A DNA stretch of 64,000 bases from an uncultured Bdellovibrionales bacterium (GTDB lineage: Bacteria > Patescibacteriota > Minisyncoccia > Moranbacterales > UBA11712): positions 2,144-66,143 of the forward strand of contig CAZFIH010000001.1 in the NCBI GenBank assembly GCA_964519445.1. Direction: 5' to 3'. The notes beneath the pieces were generated by a model. It made no database searches and was not told the origin of the DNA. It saw only the letters and a list, made by a program, of their open reading frames with translations. This document shows positions 8,963 through 19,193 of this stretch, one piece after another. Positions within the stretch are counted from its first letter, which is position 1. Each line of letters starts with the position of its first letter. A program made the translations under genes and the position numbers.

Positions 8963-11716
8963 TTATTTAATTCTTATCGCACTTAGACTCTCAACTATTA
9001 AATCTGCTGCTTTTTCATTGACCCACCGAGGAGATTTTTTCTTTATCTGGTGAACAATGACATCTATATCTGCATTGATAATTTTACTCAATACTGCAAC
9101 TGATTTTTGTTTTAGTTTCGGTTTCAAGCTTGAATCTTCGATTTTTCGCAAAAGCTTGAAAAGATTTTCCAGTGTTTTTAGCTTTTTACGGAAATACTTA
9201 TAGGCAACTGTTTTCTTAATTAAGCCTAATTTATGATAATGATCAAAGTTTTTCCGGATGGCGCTGATATCTGTCCCTACTTGGAAATTCGCCTCTTTTT
9301 CAGCTGAATTCCCAGCTTCATCAGTAGCGGAAATTTTCAGTGTATATTCTCCCAAGCGCTCAAGCGAGAGGTCTATACTCTTCTCCATCCAGTCGAGTGC
9401 TTCTCCGTTTTTCTTAACTTGCCATGATTCAATACTAATTCTTGATTCGAAATCTTCGATTTTATAATCAATCATCAAAGTTCTATCATTAGTATAGCTT
9501 GTTTCCTCGGGGGAGAAAATAGTTATCATTGGCGGTTCCGTGTCCGGATTGTACAATACTTGATCATCGGCAACTTCAATTTCAAACTCTTGCACTACGC
9601 CTGCTTGGGACTCACCCGCTATTTCAGTCGAAGATTCGATCGCATTTCCTAGATCATTGGGATTTTCAGTGATTTTAGTTGTTTCTATTGTATAACTCCC
9701 TCCTTCTCCCGTTCCTTGCACCAGAATCTTATATTTTCCATTCTCCGAATTTGGGATGGTGACAAATTCATTTTCAGTATCAGATCCAGTGTAATAAGCT
9801 CCTTCGATTTCATTCACTTCTTCCCCCGTTTCAAAATTCTTCCCTATTTTCCTGCCGCTTGGAGATTCGATTTGAATGTCTGCGGGCGAAAAAACACCGA
9901 ATGTCAAAATGTCGACAACTCTGTCGAAAATATTCGCGGCGGAACAATCCTGATTCCCTGACAATTCTGTGAACACATGACATTGAGCCGCCGTGGGAAG
10001 ATCGCCGTGAGATGAATTCAGGATTATTTCTTTGTTAGACGCAATTCCTTTTGCGCTGGAGAACGGCACTGTTTCATCCCCGGGTCCGTACTCGATTCCC
10101 TGATCAGTACTGTCATCATAATAATTTTCCGGCATCCCGTGTTTCCATATGCCGTCGGTATCACTTTCAGCAACTCTTAATTTTTCTATCGTGTTGTTTC
10201 TTTCCGTGTCTGAAATGATATTCGTAAAATCAATGTTGTTTAGACGATTTAACCTACCTGAACCATTCAAAAAATCCAGGAAAGTATTTCGCGGATAATC
10301 ATTCGGGTAATTTCTCATCTCCCCGCTTGATGATTCCCTTAAATAGTCGTAATCGGGAAGGAGTTCTTTTACGGAAATCACCCTTCCCTGGATATAATCC
10401 TTCAGATTATCAAATCCCGAATGTTTTGCTTCGATTTTAAACATGCTTTCAACAATATTATCATCAAATGCTGTTCCTATTTCGCCAGCCTCCCATGTTA
10501 AATAACTTTTCGGTGCTCCTTTGTGCGGAGTTCCTAATGTAATGAGTTGATCAATGTCATTTTCATAGCTTTCTCCTTCTATATAATAGCGTGCAATAAG
10601 TCCTCCCATCGAATGAGCAACTATATCAACTTTTGGACGGCCTGTTTGATTTTTCACTTCACTGATTTTTTCTTTCAGTTCTTGCGCGGTTAGAATATTG
10701 CTGTCACGCCATTCGTATGGAAACTCAAAAAGCTTTTCTTCTTTTTCATAACCATTCTTTTCTAGAGATGCAATTAAATTATCATAAGTGTGGAGTATGG
10801 GATCGATTTTCAGTTCTCCAACTCCTCCTGGATATTTTGTAGCTGACCCCATAATCCCCGGAATGATGATCACCGGATCGGGATTCTCAATTGGGTCTTC
10901 TTCGAGCCATGGATCAAAAGTGAGCTGGCCGGTAACCGGATTTCCTTCGCCGTCTGGATTTTCATCTTCGTTGTAAGGTCCTGATTCGTCTCCCCACCAG
11001 TTATACCTCGCGTCCAATGCCGGTATGTCCGGATCAGAAGAATTTGTCGCGATTACTCCCGTATCGTTTTCCAATATTACGTTGTTCACCGCAACTGAAG
11101 TTTCTCCGGATTCAAATGTTATTCCTCTGGTATTATCACTGATTATGTTCGAATCAATCACAAATTTTGCATTTCCCAAATATTTAAGAGCAGTGCCGTT
11201 TTTCTTGAATTCACAATTTTTAACCATAATCTCACGATTTTGTTGGTTCGAAGCCTGGATTTGAACAGCCAAATAACTATAAAAAAATTGCGCGTGTTCA
11301 ATTCTGATTTTGACATCATCTGATGGAGAAATGCTAATATAATGCCAATCCCCGATTGAAGGCTTATGCGCACCTCCGTCACCGTTTGTGTCTCCGCCGT
11401 GCTCGTCATCCCTCATAGAAGTGAAAACCACGGGTTTTTCCTTCGTACCTTTAACGATAAAATCGTCTTGAATGATCAGTCTTTCCAGGCTTCCTCTGTT
11501 GAACTTTATCAGGGTTCCCTCCTCGATTGTTAAAGGTGCGGCAATAATATTCCAGCCGGATAGAATGTATGGACTGTTTTCTTTTGTCCAAGTTGTGGGC
11601 TCTGTTATTGTTCTCGCCGCAAGCCGTGTCGGCCCTTCGGCGTTCGTCAGGTCAGTAAATAGTGAGAACGCAAGAAAAAAAGTGACGAGATAGAAAATCG
11701 GTTTTACTGTTTTCAT
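8963..11716 (-). CDS. Secreted multidomain protein: beta-helix repeat region, PGAP1/LCAT-like alpha/beta hydrolase, Ig-like C-terminal region
   Basis: Signal peptide; [24 protein letters not shown] and ARYNWWG beta-helix-associated motifs; [26 protein letters not shown] nucleophile elbow, [15 protein letters not shown]. Confidence 0.85.
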   Translation of the reverse strand: MKTVKPIFYLVTFFLAFSLFTDLTNAEGPTRLAARTITEPTTWTKENSPYILSGWNIIAAPLTIEEGTLIKFNRGSLERLIIQDDFIVKGTKEKPVVFTSMRDDEHGGDTNGDGGAHKPSIGDWHYISISPSDDVKIRIEHAQFFYSYLAVQIQASNQQNREIMVKNCEFKKNGTALKYLGNAKFVIDSNIISDNTRGITFESGETSVAVNNVILENDTGVIATNSSDPDIPALDARYNWWGDESGPYNEDENPDGEGNPVTGQLTFDPWLEEDPIENPDPVIIIPGIMGSATKYPGGVGELKIDPILHTYDNLIASLEKNGYEKEEKLFEFPYEWRDSNILTAQELKEKISEVKNQTGRPKVDIVAHSMGGLIARYYIEGESYENDIDQLITLGTPHKGAPKSYLTWEAGEIGTAFDDNIVESMFKIEAKHSGFDNLKDYIQGRVISVKELLPDYDYLRESSSGEMRNYPNDYPRNTFLDFLNGSGRLNRLNNIDFTNIISDTERNNTIEKLRVAESDTDGIWKHGMPENYYDDSTDQGIEYGPGDETVPFSSAKGIASNKEIILNSSHGDLPTAAQCHVFTELSGNQDCSAANIFDRVVDILTFGVFSPADIQIESPSGRKIGKNFETGEEVNEIEGAYYTGSDTENEFVTIPNSENGKYKILVQGTGEGGSYTIETTKITENPNDLGNAIESSTEIAGESQAGVVQEFEIEVADDQVLYNPDTEPPMITIFSPEETSYTNDRTLMIDYKIEDFESRISIESWQVKKNGEALDWMEKSIDLSLERLGEYTLKISATDEAGNSAEKEANFQVGTDISAIRKNFDHYHKLGLIKKTVAYKYFRKKLKTLENLFKLLRKIEDSSLKPKLKQKSVAVLSKIINADIDVIVHQIKKKSPRWVNEKAADLIVESLSAIRIK

Positions 11717-11952
11717 TTCCCGAATTTAGAAATTTTATAATTCATCAAAAAACACCGCCAAAAGCAGTGAAATTAAAAAAGGCCTTCCTGAAACCCCAAG
11801 CGATATTTTTCTTTTCTTTTCATCGCCCTCCGCGAGAATGTTTACCCGTTTATTATACCAAAAACCCTGTCCAAATCCCACTTCCACTTATCCACACCTT
11901 CAAAAATTGTTTCAGAGACTGATATTTTTTGGCTTGGATTGAATTTTTTCCA

Positions 11953-11980
11953 TTGCAGAATGCGAAAAAGTTGGTATAAT
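11953..11980 (+). promoter_or_regulatory. Sigma70 promoter of the tRNA-Gly/tRNA-Thr pair
   Basis: TTGCAG, 16-nt spacer, TATAAT with extended -10 TG. Confidence 0.65.
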
Positions 11981-11992
11981 TCTGATGTCGAC

Positions 11993-12064
11993 GCGGGTGT
12001 CGTATAGTGGCTATTATGCAAGCTTCCCAAGCTTGAGAGGGCGGTTCAATTCCGCTCACCCGCT
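11993..12064 (+). tRNA. tRNA-Gly (CCC)
   Basis: GCGGGTG...CAAGC TT CCC AA GCTTG...GGCGG TTCAATT CCGCT CACCCGC-T cloverleaf. Confidence 0.95.
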
Positions 12065-12080
12065 AAAAGTTATTAATTTT

Positions 12081-12153
12081 GCCCACATAGCTCAGCAGGC
12101 AGAGCAATGCTTTCGTAAAGCAGAGGTCGTCGGTTCGATTCCGACTGTGGGCT
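12081..12153 (+). tRNA. tRNA-Thr (CGT)
   Basis: GCCCACA TA GCTC...GAGC A ATGCT TT CGT AA AGCAG AGGTC GTCGG TTCGATT CCGAC TGTGGGC-T. Confidence 0.93.
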
Positions 12154-12154
12154 C

Positions 12155-12187
12155 AAAAATCCGGCCGAAATGAGAGGCCGGATTTTT
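12155..12187. terminator. Bidirectional rho-independent terminator
   Basis: AAAAATCCGGCC-gaaatgaga-GGCCGGATTTTT between the convergent tRNA and foldase genes. Confidence 0.8.
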
Positions 12188-12213
12188 GTATTAGAGCCAC
12201 GGTTTGTGGAATA

Positions 12214-13257
12214 TCAAGGAAAAACCGACGGATCTCCTTGGGAATGAAGAGCCGTGTTTTTTTCGAATTCAATCATTCCCGGGTCGGTGAATTCCACTCG
12301 TCCGTCGTCGCTGTTCCAGCGATAGTCCCGCAAGAATACGATTATCCGGTGTTCTTTCACTTTCTCCTGAAGCCAGTCGCCAAAGGTCGTTTTTTTGACG
12401 AATATTTGGCGGATATGGGCCAGTTCCTCACCATCCTCGTCTTTCTTTTCTTCCAGCTTGATGATGTGAAAACCCAGCGGACTGGAGATCACTTCGCTCA
12501 TTTCCCCAATTTTCATGGAAAAAGCTGTTTCGGCGATCGGTTCTATCAACTGATCCCGGCTCGACCAGCCCAAATCCCCGCCGTCCTTGGCGCTCGCCCC
12601 CTCCGAAAACTGGCGGGCCGCTTCGTCAAAATTTTCTTTACTTTTCGAAACCCGCTCCCAGAGTTCGTTGATTTTTTTCTCTTCATCGCTTGTGTCAATT
12701 TCATCGAGATATATTTGCTCCAGTCTGCGCGCGTACAGCTCCGGCCTGACCACATGTTCCTGAAAATCAAGAATCGTCCAGCCGTAGAGCCGCGCCAGTT
12801 CGCTCATGAGTTTTTCCCGGTTGCCGAATTGCTCGATACTTTGGTTGACTTGGCTGCTTACTGTCGCGTCAGAAACGCGAATCCCTTCCCTTTTCGCCAG
12901 ACCCTCAACGATTTCGTTTTCAATCATTTTGTTCAGCACTTCCTTTTCTTTTATTTTGAGCCGTTTTTTGCCCTGTTCTGTTCCGAAATCAACACGAAGA
13001 CCCAGTTTCTCGAAATCCTGGGATTCGTAGAATTTTTTGACCGAGGCCGTGTTGTCCTTGATTTCTTCCACTTTTATAATTCCGTTTCCCGATATGTAGA
13101 CGGCCGGAAAAGGAAAAATTCTTTCGGCCATTCGAACGAGACGGTTGCCGGAATTGTATTTGTAGACAGCCGCGGTCAGCACTCCAAGACCGACGAAAAA
13201 AACAAGGCTTGCGACCAGAATACCGATGACAATTTTGAACTTATCTCTTTTTTTCAT
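12214..13257 (-). CDS. PrsA/SurA-type parvulin peptidyl-prolyl isomerase (foldase)
   Basis: N-terminal TM, SurA_N-like region, FDEAARQFSEGASAKDGGDLGW...SPLGFHIIKL parvulin motif. Confidence 0.9.
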   Translation of the reverse strand: MKKRDKFKIVIGILVASLVFFVGLGVLTAAVYKYNSGNRLVRMAERIFPFPAVYISGNGIIKVEEIKDNTASVKKFYESQDFEKLGLRVDFGTEQGKKRLKIKEKEVLNKMIENEIVEGLAKREGIRVSDATVSSQVNQSIEQFGNREKLMSELARLYGWTILDFQEHVVRPELYARRLEQIYLDEIDTSDEEKKINELWERVSKSKENFDEAARQFSEGASAKDGGDLGWSSRDQLIEPIAETAFSMKIGEMSEVISSPLGFHIIKLEEKKDEDGEELAHIRQIFVKKTTFGDWLQEKVKEHRIIVFLRDYRWNSDDGRVEFTDPGMIEFEKNTALHSQGDPSVFP

Positions 13258-13261
13258 GAGT

Positions 13262-13690
13262 TCACAGGTTTTTTTCCTCGAAGAAAAAAATTATCCATTT
13301 CTGCCAGTTGGGGTAGCCGTCTTTCTCGACCGCCAGTTTTTCCTTGGTCTCCTCTTCTTTTTTTTCTTCCTCGGGCTGCTCCATTTCTTTGCGCAGGACT
13401 ACCATTTTCTCATCCTCTTTTTGGAGGTTCAGTTTTTCACGGGCTTCCCTTTCCTGAAATTCTTCCGATGAAAAATAGGTAGTTAGGTTTTCCAGCTCGC
13501 TGTTTTCCTGGTGGAGCTGGTTGATTTCCTTTTGCAGGACTTCAATTTCCCCTTGAATTTGTTTTTTGCGGTATGTTTCTTTTCCAAGGGAAATGCCGAT
13601 CAGCACTAACGCGGCCAGTCCCGCTAAAAAGAAAAAACCGGAAAGAATTTTGGTGGAGGTTTTGGCTTCAGTTTTTTTTCTTTTCTTCAT
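13262..13690 (-). CDS. Septum formation initiator (FtsB/DivIC family)
   Basis: Basic N-terminus, single TM, coiled coil, EREAREKLNLQKEDE motif; start set at MKKRKK. Confidence 0.85.
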   Translation of the reverse strand: MKKRKKTEAKTSTKILSGFFFLAGLAALVLIGISLGKETYRKKQIQGEIEVLQKEINQLHQENSELENLTTYFSSEEFQEREAREKLNLQKEDEKMVVLRKEMEQPEEEKKEEETKEKLAVEKDGYPNWQKWIIFFFEEKNL

Positions 13691-13840
13691 CCGAGAATGG
13701 GAGCGACGGTAAAGGCAATCATTGACAAAACAGCCACGATTGAAATAACTATCCAAATTATCCTCACTTTTTTGCGGTTGCGAGAAATCATATTTGTTAT
13801 TGCTTTCTTAGGTCAAGTTGATTTTCTGTTTTTTGTAATG

Positions 13841-15535
13841 TTACACTATCTTGATGGGAAGCTCAAGAGTGAATTTGCTTCCCTTGTCCCTTCCTTCCGA
13901 CTCCGCCCAGAGACTTCCCTTGTGAGCGGCTACAATCTTCCTTCCGACGTACATGCCCAGCCCCGTTCCTTCGGTATGGTAGTGGCTAACCTGCTTTCCG
14001 CGCTGAAACTTCTGAAAAATTTCTTTGATTTCTTGTTTGTCCATGCCGATTCCGGTATCCGAGACAATGACCCTGACAACGCTTTTTTGCTCTTTGCTGT
14101 CATGGTCAAAATAACTGCCGCATTCGGTTCGCACCGTGACGCTGCCCTTTTGGGTGTACTTTATGGCGTTGTCGACCATATTGGATATCACTTCCTTGAT
14201 CTTGGTGGCATCCGCGCTGACCTTGCGAAGAGGCTGGGCTGGCTTTTGCCAGTCGAGATGAAGTTTTTTGGCCTTGGCAGCCAGCTCGAGGGTGTCCACG
14301 ACCTCACGAACCAGATCCTCGATTTGAACTTCCTGGAAATCAAATTCCATCCGGCCGGCTTCAATGCGGGAAATGTTCAAGAGATCCTCCACGAGATGAA
14401 TAAGCCTTTCATTGGCGATGTATATTTTTTCCAGAGCGTTTTTCTGAACTTCAGAAAGCGCGCCGTATGTTCCCTCGAGGAGCAGGGACCCGAAGCCCTT
14501 GATGGAGGTCAGCGGCGTCCGAAGCTGATGGGAAGCAATGGAAATAAATTCCGATTTGGCTTTATCGAGAACGTGGAGCTTGTCATTGGCGGCGGCAAGC
14601 AGTTTGGAAAGATTTTCCAGCTCCTCTTTGCGTCGGACTTCCAAATTCACCGATCTCACCAGCATATAGCCAAAGACGATGGAAAGCGCAAGGGTTATTC
14701 CATTAAGAATAATATTAGTCGGGTTTTGGATAAAGAAGAATTGAGAGCCAATAAGGATGACGAGAGCTACGACAAGGACTTGAGCGGCGAGGAGTTTTAT
14801 GTTTAAGACTTTGAACTGGACGATCAAATATGCGAGAAGACCGATAAAAATAAACAGTCCAACTGGCCCAATAAAATTCAGTTGGTAGTATCGAGTCAGT
14901 TCCCCCAGGACATCGCTTAACCAGGCTAGGAGCAAAAAAATTGTTGATCCCAAAGTCAGCGTAGCTGTGATTATTTTTGATTTACGATCCTTTTCCTGGA
15001 GATACCTCTTTACTCCGATAAAAATAATACTTAGAATAATTACAAGCTCTATCGTGTAAATGTAATACCACAGCAAACCTATTTCTCCTTCACACATGGA
15101 CGCGTCAAAAAGGAGCATATTGTAGCGGGTTGGCATGAGGAACAGTACGGGCAATACAGTTAATGAAAAAAATAATTTTGAAACGAATGAAGAGTCTTTC
15201 TTATATAAAAAGACATAGACGAAATAAAGAGTGAGATAGTAAAAAGGCAGTATGAGAAGCGCTCCAAGAACCCAGGAAAACATATCGGGGTGAACATAGG
15301 CAATGGTCCACTGGAAGACATAGTTTGATACCCATAGGGAAAAAGAAATTGTTATGAAAAGCAGGAGCTTGCTGGGCAGGGAAAAATTGCTTCTCATCAT
15401 TACATAAATTCCAATGAGAAGCGACACGACAATTGCCGGGATATAGGAATAGAGCATGAGCGGAGGGGCCACACTGAAATCAAAGTAGGCGAAATTGGCT
15501 GGCACGGCATCCGAGCAAAGCAATGATACATCCAT
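13841..15535 (-). CDS. Multi-TM sensor histidine kinase
   Basis: Multi-TM N-terminus; SIASHQLRTPLTSIKG H-box, NMVDNAIKYT N-box, DTGIG and GTGLG G-boxes. Confidence 0.95.
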   Translation of the reverse strand: MDVSLLCSDAVPANFAYFDFSVAPPLMLYSYIPAIVVSLLIGIYVMMRSNFSLPSKLLLFITISFSLWVSNYVFQWTIAYVHPDMFSWVLGALLILPFYYLTLYFVYVFLYKKDSSFVSKLFFSLTVLPVLFLMPTRYNMLLFDASMCEGEIGLLWYYIYTIELVIILSIIFIGVKRYLQEKDRKSKIITATLTLGSTIFLLLAWLSDVLGELTRYYQLNFIGPVGLFIFIGLLAYLIVQFKVLNIKLLAAQVLVVALVILIGSQFFFIQNPTNIILNGITLALSIVFGYMLVRSVNLEVRRKEELENLSKLLAAANDKLHVLDKAKSEFISIASHQLRTPLTSIKGFGSLLLEGTYGALSEVQKNALEKIYIANERLIHLVEDLLNISRIEAGRMEFDFQEVQIEDLVREVVDTLELAAKAKKLHLDWQKPAQPLRKVSADATKIKEVISNMVDNAIKYTQKGSVTVRTECGSYFDHDSKEQKSVVRVIVSDTGIGMDKQEIKEIFQKFQRGKQVSHYHTEGTGLGMYVGRKIVAAHKGSLWAESEGRDKGSKFTLELPIKIV

Positions 15536-15619
15536 AATTTCTGTCTGTATTTAAGATATTGTTATAGTAAAGCGAATTATTTCTAAATTATATATCACAA
15601 TCAACCCAGAGGCAAATAT

Positions 15620-16942
15620 ATGAACATATTGTTCGTTTCTGAAGATTTAGTTGCCGGAAATTTGGCCTATATTTTGAAAAAAGAAGGACATAGCGTCAAA
15701 CTGTACATAAAGGACAAGAGACGCAGAAAAAATTTTTCCGGATTAGTTGAAAAGATTCCAGATTGGAGAAAAGAACTGGACTGGGTCCGAAAAGATGGGC
15801 TCATTGTGTTTGACAGCGGTTCACATGGGAAAACTCAGGAAAGCCTGCGAAAGCAAGGTTATTTGGTTTTCGGCGGCTGCAAGCTGGGTGACAGGATAGA
15901 AAGCGACCGCACATATGGAGCCGACGTTTTTTCTCGCTTTGGAATGAAAACCGCTCCCCTTTGTGATTTTGAAAACTCGAATTCCGCTGTCCGGTTTCTG
16001 AAAAAAAGAAGGGGTCCGTGGGTTTTGAAACAAAATGTCGCCGGAACGGGTCTTAAAAGCCTCAATTATGTCGGGATGCGGGAAGACAATCGGGACATGA
16101 TAGATCTTTTTTCTCATTATCAGAAAAGAGGATTTCTCAAGAAGAGCAAGAGTCTGACCCTTCAAGAAAGAATTTTCGGTGTGGAGATGGGAGTAGGGAG
16201 ATTTTTCAATGGAAAAGAATGGACCGGACCAATTGAAATCAATTTGGAACATAAGAAATTCTTTCCAGGCGATCTGGGTCCGTCGACCAGCGAGATGGGA
16301 ACTTTGGCCTGGTACGACGAAAATGAAAGCAATAAGTTGTTTTCCGAGACCCTCGCAAAACTGAAGCCATATCTTCGCAAAATCGGTTTTCACGGAGACG
16401 CGGAACTCAACTGTATCGTCAATGAAAAAGGGGCATTTCCGCTTGAGGCGACCATGCGTTTCGGATCGCCCATCATTCATCTCCAAACCGAAATCCACGA
16501 ATCTCCCTGGGGAAATTTCTTGCAGTCGGTTGCAAAAACAAAAGAATACGATCTGAAATGGAAAAAGGGTTATGGAATTGTCGTAGTAGTGACAGTTCCG
16601 ACTAGTAATCCCTTTCCTTTTTCGAAAAACGAAAGCTACGTTTCGCCGGAAGGACTCAATATCTATTTTGACGAAAGATTGAACAAGAATGATATGAAAC
16701 ACGTCCACTTTGAAGACGTGTCTTTGAAAAAAAAAGGCGGTCTTGATCAATTTTATATTTCAGACAGTCGAGGATATATTCTCTATGTCACCGGAATAGG
16801 AAAAACCGTTGCCGAAGCGAGAACAAAAGTCAATTCAATTTTGAAGAAAATTCAAATACCCAAAATGTTCTACCGGAACGACATCGGATTGAAATTTTTG
16901 GACCGTGACCAATCCAGACTAAAAAAATGGGGATATCTCTAA
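15620..16942 (+). CDS. PurD-like ATP-grasp ligase (non-canonical phosphoribosylamine-glycine ligase family)
   Basis: NLEHKKFFPGDLGPSTSEMGT, LEATMRFGSP and MFYRNDIG motifs; lacks the canonical GSGGREH N-terminal loop. Confidence 0.8.
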   Translation: MNILFVSEDLVAGNLAYILKKEGHSVKLYIKDKRRRKNFSGLVEKIPDWRKELDWVRKDGLIVFDSGSHGKTQESLRKQGYLVFGGCKLGDRIESDRTYGADVFSRFGMKTAPLCDFENSNSAVRFLKKRRGPWVLKQNVAGTGLKSLNYVGMREDNRDMIDLFSHYQKRGFLKKSKSLTLQERIFGVEMGVGRFFNGKEWTGPIEINLEHKKFFPGDLGPSTSEMGTLAWYDENESNKLFSETLAKLKPYLRKIGFHGDAELNCIVNEKGAFPLEATMRFGSPIIHLQTEIHESPWGNFLQSVAKTKEYDLKWKKGYGIVVVVTVPTSNPFPFSKNESYVSPEGLNIYFDERLNKNDMKHVHFEDVSLKKKGGLDQFYISDSRGYILYVTGIGKTVAEARTKVNSILKKIQIPKMFYRNDIGLKFLDRDQSRLKKWGYL

Positions 16943-16974
16943 TCGCACCATTCTGTGATGAAACATATTTGGGG

Positions 16975-18135
16975 CTAAATGCAGATTGTTTTTACTTTTG
17001 GAAGAGAAATAAATTCGGATCCAAAAGAATAGGCTCCGGCAGCCGTGAATATTAAATAGTCGCCGTTTTTCAGTTCTGGTAGTCTCATATTTCTTCCGAA
17101 AACATCCAATGAATCTGGTGTGCTGCCGCGAAGCATATAGTTCTTTGTCTTCGTGTGTCTTTCTTTTTCGAGACAGCAAACTGGCAGATAAAGGTCGACA
17201 ATTAGGGTGTCCATCGCGGCGTTGTAGAGAGAACAATTAAGAATAGCGATTTGGTCTCGCTTGAATTTTTTCAAGTGGACAACTTGACCTACCAACACAA
17301 TCGATTCGGCGACCAGCTTTCTGCCGGGTTCGTATATATATTTTATTTTCGGGAATATTCCGGATATTTTTTTTCTGCCCTCGGTTAGAATCTTGCCGAC
17401 TTGTTCGAGGCTCGGCGCGTCTTTTTTGTATGGCACCGGATATCCCCCGCCAAAATTGACATGGTCCAATTCGATACCCTCTTTTTGGAGCTTAGCCGAA
17501 AATGCGGATATTTTGTCTATGTTTTTTTTCCAAACATCAAGATAAGTGTTTTGAGAAAGAAGATGATTGTGAAGCCCCAGCTTGATGTTGTTTTTCTTTT
17601 TGAGTCTGCCGAGCTTTTTAAGGACCACGAGAGCGTCTTTGAGAGGAAAACCGAGATAAGAATCCATTCCGTAGGGAAGCTCCGGATTCTTCACCTTCAC
17701 TCCGGTGTTTATTCTGACGAATAACTCAAAACTATTTTTTTTGAAAGGGACATTTTTCAAAACAAGATTCAATTGGTCCCAGGAATCTATGCTGAATCTT
17801 TTCACGCCAAGACGCAAAAGTCTTTCCAGTTGCTTTTTTGTGAGACTGGGTGACTGGAAAATGATTCTGTCTCTTCGGACCTTTTTTATCCGCTTCAGAT
17901 TTTCAAGCTCATCCGGAGAAGATACAAGAAAACTGCATCCGTTTTGGCAGATAAGCTTGGCGATTTGCATCTCCGGATTTGTTTTGAAAGAGTAGGCAAT
18001 TTCTCCCGGAAGATTTTTTTTGAGTTCGCCTATAACAGCCGTCAGCTTTTTGGTGTCGGCCACAAAACAGGGAACATTTTCAATCCATTTCATTTTGTTC
18101 TGTTTGAGGAGCGCTGGGAAATTATCTTTTTTCAT
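16975..18135 (-). CDS. Fold-type III PLP enzyme (diaminopimelate/ornithine decarboxylase family), atypical
   Basis: AYSFKTN (PLP Lys), VRIN, NFGGGY, EPGRKLV, AGAYS; the catalytic-Cys motif reads GSTPDSLD. Confidence 0.85.
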   Translation of the reverse strand: MKKDNFPALLKQNKMKWIENVPCFVADTKKLTAVIGELKKNLPGEIAYSFKTNPEMQIAKLICQNGCSFLVSSPDELENLKRIKKVRRDRIIFQSPSLTKKQLERLLRLGVKRFSIDSWDQLNLVLKNVPFKKNSFELFVRINTGVKVKNPELPYGMDSYLGFPLKDALVVLKKLGRLKKKNNIKLGLHNHLLSQNTYLDVWKKNIDKISAFSAKLQKEGIELDHVNFGGGYPVPYKKDAPSLEQVGKILTEGRKKISGIFPKIKYIYEPGRKLVAESIVLVGQVVHLKKFKRDQIAILNCSLYNAAMDTLIVDLYLPVCCLEKERHTKTKNYMLRGSTPDSLDVFGRNMRLPELKNGDYLIFTAAGAYSFGSEFISLPKVKTICI

Positions 18136-18221
18136 TGATTTTTTTTAGAGCCTGTTAATATACGCCAAGTACTTCAAATAATATTATTTCGCGAAATTTT
18201 ATGCAAGTCGCAGCCAAGAGA

Positions 18222-19154
18222 CTAAAGACTTATCAAATATATTCCGAAAGCCATAGTGGCAATTGAGACAGTTTTGAGAGGTAGGCCAGTGAACTGCTCT
18301 CGATAAATAATCTTGATAACCTTCTTTTTTCCGAAGGAGTACGCGGGATAGCTTAGCAGGAGCAATACGCTGAAAAAAATTACAAACGCGGGGACAAAAC
18401 TTTCAATGACAGCCACGAAAGAGACGGAGGGACTGATGCTGATAGCTCTTTGTGAAAAAATTATGGCTCCCAGATTGATTGACTCAATAAGGAAAAACCA
18501 GAAAAAATATTTCTTACTCAACTGATATAGATAGCTCACGCTCTTGCTTTTTGTGAAGTTGAGTATAATGAGGGATCCGATAAAGTAACCAAGGGCGAAA
18601 AAAAGCAATCCGCTGATAAATTCTGTTTTTTGATAGACATGCTCCTGCACGACCATGCTCAGTGAAAGAAGCACAATAGCTCCGGAAATTATGATCAGGA
18701 AACGGCTGAAATTGTTTCTTCGGATATTGCCGCTAAGCGACAAGAGAGTCGCTCCCAAAAATGTGGTGATTATGCCGGTATACTGAAGGCCGGATAGTCT
18801 TTCCTTGAGAAAAATAAAAGCAAGAATCGGGACGAGAATAGCCGTCAGATTCCAGAAAATTTGAATGAGCGAAACGTCTCCAGTTATGAATAGCGCCTTG
18901 AAGTAAAAAAGCATAGCGGCGCTGAAAAGCAGTCCGCCAAGGAGCGCTAGTATAGTCGTGCTTCTGTCCGGCATGGAAAGACCAAGGAAAGGAACAAGAA
19001 GCCATGGCGCAATTTGAAAAAAACCCGAGATGATGGCGCCGTCGTATTCATCCTGGTAAATATCTTTTACGAAATATACGTCTATCAGGTTCACCAACGC
19101 CCAAAGCATTGGCGCCAGAAAGGCAATAATCAGCCAGTTATTCCAAAGAATCAT
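18222..19154 (-). CDS. EamA/DMT family transporter
   Basis: ~10 TM helices; LAFIFLKERLSGLQYTGI EamA motif. Confidence 0.85.
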   Translation of the reverse strand: MILWNNWLIIAFLAPMLWALVNLIDVYFVKDIYQDEYDGAIISGFFQIAPWLLVPFLGLSMPDRSTTILALLGGLLFSAAMLFYFKALFITGDVSLIQIFWNLTAILVPILAFIFLKERLSGLQYTGIITTFLGATLLSLSGNIRRNNFSRFLIIISGAIVLLSLSMVVQEHVYQKTEFISGLLFFALGYFIGSLIILNFTKSKSVSYLYQLSKKYFFWFFLIESINLGAIIFSQRAISISPSVSFVAVIESFVPAFVIFFSVLLLLSYPAYSFGKKKVIKIIYREQFTGLPLKTVSIATMAFGIYLISL

Positions 19155-19193
19155 CGTATATAGAGAAAATCAACAAAAAAGGTTAGTTTATTT

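Noticed and set aside
12238-14806. Long plus-strand ORFs (414 aa and 369 aa)
   Set aside because: Antisense shadows of the foldase, divIC-like and kinase genes; no motifs and biased composition.
15620-16942. Calling this gene purD
   Set aside because: It lacks the canonical substrate-binding loop and has no pur context; left as PurD-like.
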